From: Amoebidium appalachense
Lineage: Eukaryota; Protista; Ichthyosporea
Direction: 5' to 3'
Assembly: GCA_963693365.1 (NCBI GenBank)
Contig: CAVNZM010000002.1
Location: 4,170,259-4,234,258 of the forward strand
Length of the DNA: 64,000 nt
Part shown: positions 56,532 through 64,000 of the stretch, one piece after another
Position numbering within the stretch: the stretch's first letter is position 1
Layout of the letters: every line of letters starts with the position of its first letter
Notes under the pieces: model-generated
Database searches by the model: none
The model's input: the letters and a program-made list of their open reading frames with translations, nothing else
Told to the model about the DNA's origin: nothing
Translations under genes and position numbers: made by a program

Positions 56532-59500
56532 TCACTTGCTGTCCATGCCCATGGCCTTCTTGCAGCTCTCGAGGGCAGCACGGGGCAGGGCCATGGTCAG
56601 CGCATCAGCCGCCTGCTGATTGGTCGGCACGTAGACCAGCACAACGTTGCCCTACTTGACGTGCCAGCGCACCAGGTGCAACTTGATGTCGATGTGCTTG
56701 GTGCGAGAAAAATCTACGGGGTCCTTGGCAATGCTGATGCATGCCATATTGTCCTCATACAGCACCATGGCCTCCTCGGTGCTGAAACCAAATTCGCGCT
56801 GGAGTTTGCGCAACCACATGGCCTCCTTGGTGGCGCGGGCCGCACTCACATACTCAGCCTCTGCTGTGCTGTCTGCCACCACGGTCTGCAGCTTGGAGCA
56901 CCAGCTGATGCCTCCGTTGCTGGCCAGAAACGCAAAGCCGGAGGTGGAGCGGTGGTTGTCTGGGTTGCCTGCCCAGTCGGCATCCACGTAGCCAATCGCA
57001 TGGCCCGGCACCTTGACGCGCTGGTAGGTGATGCCGTGGCTGGCAGTCCCCTTGAGGTTGCGCAACACGCGCTTTGCAGCAATCAGGTGGGCCTGGCCAG
57101 GGTTCTGGTTGAACCTGGCAAGCACCCCTACGGCCTGAGCAATGTCTGGCCGGGTCCAGCTGGCCAGGTACATCACACTGCCCACGATGCCCTGGTACAG
57201 CGCCACATATGGCGCCATGGCGCTGATCTCCCGGGGGTGGCAGGGCACTGGGCCTTGCTCAGCTTGTCGAGGGTCATGGGTGTGTCCACAGCCCTGCAGT
57301 CAGCCATGCCGTATTTCTCCAACACACGTGCAGTGTAGGCAGACTGGTGGATCTTGATGGTGCCGAGCTCCCTGCAGATCACAATCTGCACCCCTAGGAA
57401 GCAGTCGGCCAGAGGCATCTCCTTGATGGAAAAGATGGTGCCCAGCTGCTTGGCCAGCTGCTTGGCTGCCTGCATGCTGGCTGTGCTGGCCACCATGTCG
57501 TCGATGTGGATCACCAGCAGCTCCATATGCTTGCCCTTGCCGCGAATATACAGGCAGGGGTCGGCTGCAGCCTGCTTGAAGCCCAGCTTGGCCAGGCCGG
57601 CTGTGAAGGTGTCGCCCCACGCTCGTGCAGCCTGGCGCAGCCCGTAGATGGCCTTGTGCAGCCTGCAGACAAGGTGCTCCTGGCCGGGCACCACATACCC
57701 CTCGGGCTGAGCCATGTAGATTTCCTCGCTGAGCTCAGCATTGAGGAATGCACTGTCTACATCGTACTGGCTCAGGTGGCGGCCCAGTGGGCTGCGGCAG
57801 TGGCGATCAAATACCTGGTGGTGGTCGGGCTGGCTGTGGGGGCAAAGGTGTCGGTGAAGTCCACACCAGGACGTTGGCTGAACCCTTTGGCCACCAGTCT
57901 GGCCCGGAACTTGGTCACCTCATTGACGCCGTTGTGCTTGACATCATACACCCAGCGATTTTTGATTGGTCGGCGGCCCTCGGGCAGTGGCACTAGCGAA
58001 TAAGTGCCGTGGCGCTGCAGTTTCTCAATCTCGGCATCACATGCCTGCTTCCACATGGTGGCATGGTCTGAGACCATGGCCTCCTTGTAGGAGTTGGGTA
58101 TGGGCACCTCCGACACCAACAGTGCAGGCTGCAGGGGCTGCTTGCCGTGCACCAGCGCAGATGCAGCTGCAGTCATGGCCAGCGCTTTGGCCTCAATCAC
58201 GGTGCCGTTGCCATTGCCCAGGTGCTGCTGGGTGCTGAAACGTGTCCACTCCGTGTCACCCTAGGCAGGTGGTGGCTCGGCACGTTGCTGTCGGTGAAAT
58301 GCACCCGCTTGGCGATTGGCTGTGCTGACTTGGCGGGCGACGAGTCCATGCGCGCACGCTTAAGCATGCCGGCACCCCCTTGCGCTGCCCCCTCATCTTC
58401 GCTCTCACTGTCGCTGTCATCAAAGCCATCGCTGCTGGTGCCTGTGGCCGTGGTGGCCACAGTGCTGGCAGGGTCCGAGTCCCTGCCTGTCTCCTCCTTG
58501 GTGGTGGTGTGCTCCTCCTGCACAAATGGGTCATCTGCGCTGGTCTGGCCAGGTGCAGCCGGGCTGGTGGCCATGCGCATGCTCGGGTTGAGGGCAGTGG
58601 GCGTGCCCTTCACCAGGGTGGCGGCCTCGTTGAACTGCACACTCCTCCTCACGACCACTGAACCGAAACTGCCACTGGGGGTAACCAGCAGGATGCGGTA
58701 GCCCTTGGTCTCCTCCCCGTAGCCAATCAAAATGCCCCGCTGGGCACGTGGTGCCAGCTTGTTGCCGCACTGCTCCTTGGCGATGGTGGGGTAGGCTAGG
58801 CAGCCATACGCACGAAGGTAGCCTACACATCAGGCACCTGGTTGTAGAATGCCTGCCAGGGTGTCATGCCAGACACGGCCTTGTGGGGGCTCATGTTGAT
58901 CAGCAGCACCGCCGTGCCGACAGCCTCGGGGCAGCGGTTCTGCGGGAAGCCCGGCACAGATGCCATCATGGCCCGGGCCTTGTCTATCACCGTGTAGATG
59001 TAGCGCTCAGCCACACCGTTCTGGCCGTGTTAAAATACACGTTCATGTGTGTATAATACGTCTAGAGTTGCAAGAATTCGAAGTTGTTGCATACTATAGT
59101 ATATACTCTGTAGAAATCATATATTATCTGTTCCTCTCTCTCTCCCTCTCTCAGTGAAACGCTGCTGCTTCCTCTGTATCCAATCATTTGCCCTTTGGAT
59201 ACACGTTCTTGCTCTCCATTCTGATAGGTCTAGTGTACGTGTTCCTGACGTACTACACCTGCACGCCAAGAGCTGTGCACATATCAGACCATGGTAATAA
59301 TATTGTGATCAAGTAGATTCAATGTTTGTATGTTTATGTGATTAACTATATAAACATTTCCACTTTATTATTATCCATTTGTCAGTTGTTTTGCTAGGTT
59401 GTACATGATGTACATGACCGCGAAACTGACTATGGCGTTTTCATATTCATATCTGATTGGCTGTATATCACGATTCCATATGCCCATCTGTGCGCGGCTT

Positions 59501-59858
59501 ACTGGATAAGTCGGACGTGCACTCAGAATACAGCTCAGTCGAAGCAAAGTCAAAGCAAGTTCAAGTCTGCTACGGCTCCTTGATTGTTCACGATGTAGCG
59601 TCCGCCATAAGTGCTATTCGTGGTGTTTTTACACTGCACCACTGTGTCTCTGCTTTCCCTGTCCTTGTCCTAATACTTATATAATTTTTCAGGCCGTGCT
59701 CATAGGCCACCACCATCTGATGCACAATGCCGTTGCTGATGCAGAAACTTTGGAAGCCCCGCTACTTGAATTCGCCGGCGCCGTCTGTGCGGTAGATGCG
59801 CACGTTGTGGCCATGCTGCCGCTCCATCTTGGTGGCCCAGGCAGCCAGGGTGGCAGGC
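56532..59858 (-). pseudogene. Copia pol remnant (integrase core, RT, RNase H) with frameshifts, stops and an insertion
   Basis: RTDGAGEF (59700-59858), QNGVAER, KFRARLVAKGFSQRPGVDF, IHIDD, TRPDIAQAV, GYVDADWAG, YEDN, RTKHIDIK; premature TAG at 56652. Confidence 0.93.
59030..59691. mobile_element. 662-bp AT-rich insertion in the copia integrase, 7-bp TSD
   Basis: GGCCGTG at 59023-59029 and 59692-59698; removing the insertion restores YEHGQNGVAER. Confidence 0.8.
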
Positions 59859-60367
59859 TTGAGTGGGGATGTTGGAATACATCACTACGTAGGACAGCAA
59901 GAGTCTTGAAGTATGTATGTGTCTTAGCTTTGCTTGTATTCGATTCTGCTCTCTTTCTTTGTGCTCTCCCCCTTCTCTCCCTTTTTCTCTTTTCTTTCTC
60001 TCTCTCTCTCCGTCTCTCTCTCTCTCTCTCTCTCTCTCCCCCCCCCCCCCCCTATCTCGCTCTCTCCCTTGCTTCTGTGTGCACAGATATCTGTTAGATC
60101 TGTGCACACCTGGCTCTCTTGCCTGATAGAACTTATTGTATTTTATTTGTGTTTGCTCTCCTCTGTTTATCTGAGAGGTAGCGTGATTGGCTAGCTACAT
60201 TCGTTGTCTTTGTTTTTGTTCAAAGTGGCTTAGTTTCAGTTCACAATAAGATGACTCACCAATAGTCGCGAGTGAGTACATCATATAGTGTTGGAAGATG
60301 GTATCGTTATCCAGTCCGATCGCATGAATCAGATCATGATCGGCTGGTGGCCTGCGAGATCTTAACC

Positions 60368-60440
60368 GATCTCGTAGCTCAGTTGGTAGAGCACTCGACC
60401 GGAGATAGAGGGGTCGCGGGTTCAAATCCCTTCGGGATCA
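60368..60440 (+). tRNA. tRNA-like sequence in the TRIM 5' LTR (class I body, GGA anticodon, T-stem mismatch; likely pseudo)
   Basis: 73-nt cloverleaf with A box TAGCTCAGTTGG and B box GGTTCAAATCC, followed by TTTTT. Confidence 0.7.
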
Positions 60441-60737
60441 TCTTTTTCTCATCCTCTTCTCGCTGGGGTAAAAGCCAGCACGCCTTTATTGGCGTCATCA
60501 CAACCATCGGCAGTGGTTAGGTTGTGATCTCAAGGCTAGCAAGATCGCTAGACTCTGCACCAGGACAAAATCTAAAATGGTAGCATGAACAGAGGTTCAG
60601 TGGGGACTGAGGGGGCAGTCCACCCTAACCTGATTCTGCGATTCGTCCTGAGTGGGGATGTTGGAAGATGGTATCGTTATCCAGTCCGATCGCATGAATC
60701 AGATCATGATCGGCTGGTGGCCTGCGAGATCTTAACC

Positions 60738-60810
60738 GATCTCGTAGCTCAGTTGGTAGAGCACTCGACCGGAGATAGAGGGGTCGCGGGTTCAAATCCC
60801 GTCGGGATCA
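60738..60810 (+). tRNA. tRNA-like sequence in the TRIM 3' LTR (class I body, GGA anticodon, C33)
   Basis: Acceptor GATCTCG/CGGGATC, D arm GCTC/GAGC, anticodon arm CTCGA-CCGGAGA-TAGAG, T arm GCGGG-TTCAAAT-CCCGT, A73, then a T5 terminator. Confidence 0.75.
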
Positions 60811-62201
60811 TCTTTTTCTCATCCTCTTCTCGCTGGGGTAAAAGCCAGCACGCCTTTATTGGCGTCATCACAACCATCGGCAGTGGTTAGGTTGTGATCT
60901 CAAGGCTAGCAAGATCGCTAGTCTCTGCACCAGGACAAAATCTAAAATATAGATCGTGTTGTGCATTCCTGTCTATTAATATACGTGTTATGATTGGACA
61001 CAATAGAGATGTATGGAATTCGGTTTATCGTAATGTGTCTTCACTTTGAGAGTGTCGACTATTAGGAATATATGTTTTTTTTGAAATGAGTTTCTTTATA
61101 GAGACGAGTATATATGTGTATTAATAGTGACTAGATGTATAATTGCTTGATTTATTAAGAGTTTCTAAGCTTTAGTTAGGTCGGAAGTTGGAATGCGCAG
61201 GCTCTGTCGGAATGTGTTTTTCTATCATCTGATAGAACCGATTGGTTCTCCCCCTTTAGTTGAGATAAGATGATAAGTTGCAAGTACAAAAAGACCCGAG
61301 AGCACAATATATTAAAAGGTCAGTTGTTGTTTGAAATCTTTCATGTGTCGTGAACAACTCCGATTGCCCTCTCTTTATTGTGTTGGTCGTGTTTTACATG
61401 ACACCTCTGTGCACTCTGCTCCCTTAGACCCGTCAAAACAACAGGCGCAGGACGTTGCAGGACGTCGCAGTGGTTTCCTCCTCACCACGGGAGGGGCCGG
61501 CATCAGTGACACTCGTGCCACCTTCAGGGATTTCCAGAATCACGTTCAGGCTGTGGCTGGCCGCCGCACAGCGGCGTAACCTCCACAGTTACAGTCTCAG
61601 TGCCGGCAGAAACGTTGCCAGCAGGCGCAGGAGATGAACGACGCTTCCTGCGCACCTGGGTGGAAGGGGGTGCCAAATAGCAGTCGGCAAACCCCTTGGA
61701 CTCAGCGTAAGCTAGCCACAACGGCTCAAACACCACCCTGTCAATCATTGATTGCTACCTGTCAATCTAGGCCTGTCAAACGACCGCGGTGCCATCTTCG
61801 AAGCAGTGGAAAGCGTTGCGAAGGCACAGAACCTGAGAGAAAACTACCTTCTCACACGTAGCAGAGTCTGCACTAACACAAGTAGAGTGTATAGTCGTTG
61901 CACACACACACACACGGAGGTGATCAGTCTCTATATGGGTGCAATATACTGGCTACTAAGTGTGTACTTAATCGGGCTGCATGCACTATCACCTAAGCCT
62001 TTCACACAAGTGTCCACACAGTACTCGGAGAGTCTGTTGCAACAGTCAATTGTCGTTATAACTCCCAATATTATTGTGTTACATGTGCGGGTTTATATAC
62101 TCCGCCGTGATCCAGTCACCAGCCATCCAGGATTGCATCCGGGTTGACTACGTAATCCCTAGATCTGGATGGTGCGTTCCTAACCAATCATATGGCAGTT
62201 A

Positions 62202-64000
62202 AAAACCACCACAAATTTAACTCTACATTAGTCGACACATCCACACACCCCGGTTACGCGAAAAACCGAGGCATTATTGTACTTGCCGCGCCACACGTGA
62301 GAGTGAAGTGCAAACCGGTAGCAAAAACGGAATTCTCGGTTTCTATAGAGTTTCTTTCTAATGTTTTTACTTTTGTATATTACCCACCATCTATGTCGGT
62401 TGCCGAATTGACTCACGAGTTGTCACAGTCAGTTACCAATGTCCACTGTTATTTTAGGTGATTTGAACACGCGACTCCACCACACAGACACACTGCAAGT
62501 GAGTGTCGGGTACCCATCTAAGCCCCCCGGAGCGCGCTATCCCTTTAGCAAGGTATGTCCAAAGTCACACTTTGCGGATCCCTCAAATATCCCATGCTGT
62601 CCACAACACCGACTGGGGAGTGGCCTTTTGGCAATCAACCATGTCAAAACTCTCTCTCCCTCCTAACCTCTCTAGGTCATCTGACCACTCTCCTATTCTT
62701 TTCCTACCTAAGATCTCCCTTGATCTGTTCCCCCCTCCTCCTCCCACCTTTCGCCTCCGTCTATCCCAGCTCAAGTCACAGTGGGGTAGAGTTGATGTAT
62801 GTGTATGCTATGCAACGAAACACCCTATATATATGCACCTATTAGAATCTGCACAAGCCAGACCAGATTCACATCTTGTACTAGATACATGCACTAACTT
62901 TATTGTTGATGATTTAATAGATCTCGGTGATTATGCTGGTGGTGGTAGGAAGGAATATCCCGATGCTCTCTTGTTACCAGACACCACTCCCGCTAGACTA
63001 GGTGAGCCCGCCCTGTCTCAAAATAAAGCTTGCGCCGGCTTGCTAGTATGAATCGATTTGGCCCCCCTGCTGGTATTATTGGTGATACCACTGGAGACCC
63101 CCTCATAGACTCTGATAAGTATTTCTCGGAACTGTTTAAAAATAGGGTCCGGACCCCCGCTCAGAAACCTATTGTGTGGCCTGTAGACCCATCTATCCCC
63201 ATAGAATCGATCCTCCCCTTTTTCAGTCCCGATACCATATGGTCTGTGATATCTAGTTATAGCTCTAGTAAATCTTGTGGACCTGATGGACTTCCTGCTG
63301 GGTTTCTTAAAATCCCTGTTCCCTCCTACCCACAAAAGGAAAGTGATCGTGCTATTAAACCTGATCTTACTATTATGTTAAGCTCTCTCTTTTCTTGGTG
63401 TGTTAAATGTGGACATGTCCCGTCATCTTGGCTATGATACCTTAGTAGTTAAGAAGGACTCTGGGGGCCTCATATCATCTTTTCGCCCCATCACACTAAC
63501 CCAGGTTATTCGTAGATTCTTTGAAGCTTGCTTACTTAGGTTTTTTGCACATCACCCTAGGCCTCAATCTATTCTTCACATACACCCATGCCAATCCGCT
63601 TTTCGTAAGAACAATTCATGTTATGTTCAAATAATGGCACTGCACGATTCTATGCAAGTTGGTGCACGATATGTTGGCTTTATTGATTGGAAAACTGCTT
63701 ACGATTCTGTCTCCCCTGGTCCGACCTATGGGAAAAGCTTGCTGCACGGGGTGTACCACACTGCATTGGTGTTCTGTTAGAAGCACTCTTGTCTCAAACC
63801 TATGGTAGAGCTGTGGTTAATGGGCATCTTTCATATGGTTTTGCTCGTACTAGAGGTCTCTTGCAGGGTTCATTGCTTATCCCCTTTTTGTTTAACCTAT
63901 TTATAGATGATTTGGCTGTCAAGATCCGAAAATGATGACCCTATTAATAACTTTCCGCCTGCACTTCTCTATGCTGATGATCTGTCCCTCCTTGCCCGTA
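62202..64000 (+). mobile_element. Degenerate LINE ORF2 (APE endonuclease + reverse transcriptase), 5'-truncated, runs off the window
   Basis: APE motifs VYYPP, ILGDLN, SDH; RT motifs KSCGPDG, FRPITL, QSAFR, FIDWKTAYDSV, RGLLQGS..PFLFNLFIDDL, LYADD; several frameshifts and stops. Confidence 0.92.

Larger units (their letters stand above)
60289..60947 (+). mobile_element. TRIM (miniature non-autonomous LTR retrotransposon) with a tRNA-like gene in each LTR
   Basis: LTRs 60289-60577 and 60659-60947 (289 bp, two differences seen); 81-bp interior starting with PBS TGGTAGCA and ending with PPT GAGTGGGGA; TSD TATAG at 60284-60288 and 60948-60952. Confidence 0.92.
59870..61443 (+). mobile_element. 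3' LTR (about 910 bp net) of a second LTR element, inside the copia and split by the TRIM
   Basis: PPT GAGTGGGGA (59861-59869) then TGTTG...CAACA; copia coding sequence resumes on both sides. Confidence 0.55.
55896..62201 (-). mobile_element. Fragmented Ty1/copia LTR retrotransposon
   Basis: 3' LTR 55896-56395 (minus: TGTTGG...TCTCA) preceded by PPT AAGGGGGTG; partial 5' LTR 61834-62201 with high identity; PBS 61803-61833; gag start 61795 (MAPRSFDRPRLTGSN...AYAESKGFAD); integrase-RT-RNaseH order. Confidence 0.93.

Noticed and set aside
60289-60947. Simple tandem duplication of a host tRNA gene, or a CRISPR-like array
   Set aside because: PBS, PPT, TG start and 5-bp TSD identify an LTR structure; there is no repeat-spacer array or cas gene.
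61331-61861. Plus-strand ORFs as LINE ORF1 or endonuclease start
   Set aside because: The minus strand explains the region better as the copia gag N-terminus directly after the PBS.

Overview
Repeat-rich eukaryotic DNA with many spliceosomal introns packed with (CA)n/(TG)n and poly(C)/poly(G) tracts; nearly all ORFs in the supplied track are translations of these repeats. The gene content suggests a holozoan, possibly unicellular (inference only). Host genes assembled by hand: a 17-exon LRRC40 orthologue (minus, 4486-17628) head-to-head with a syntenin-like tandem-PDZ gene (18456-22185); a decayed, tandemly duplicated orphan locus with an E2F/CCAAT/CRE promoter (23-31.5 kb); a 12-exon, probably mitochondrial DEAD-box helicase with EEVD in motif II and a GC-AG intron (minus, 33694-43980); and a second syntenin-like gene ending in CCC (52923-54999). 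Mobile DNA: a 6.3-kb TIR element with an 8-bp TSD carrying an intron-containing OTU + CXC + Myb-like gene; a young 659-bp TRIM with a complete tRNA-like gene in each LTR; three 5'-truncated copies of a retroposon, each in a poly(C) run; two TTAA-flanked Kolobok-like elements; a tRNA-derived SINE; a fragmented Ty1/copia element with a half-tRNA(iMet) PBS and several nested insertions; and a degenerate APE-RT LINE running off the right edge. All assignments come from reading the sequence by eye; no searches were run.
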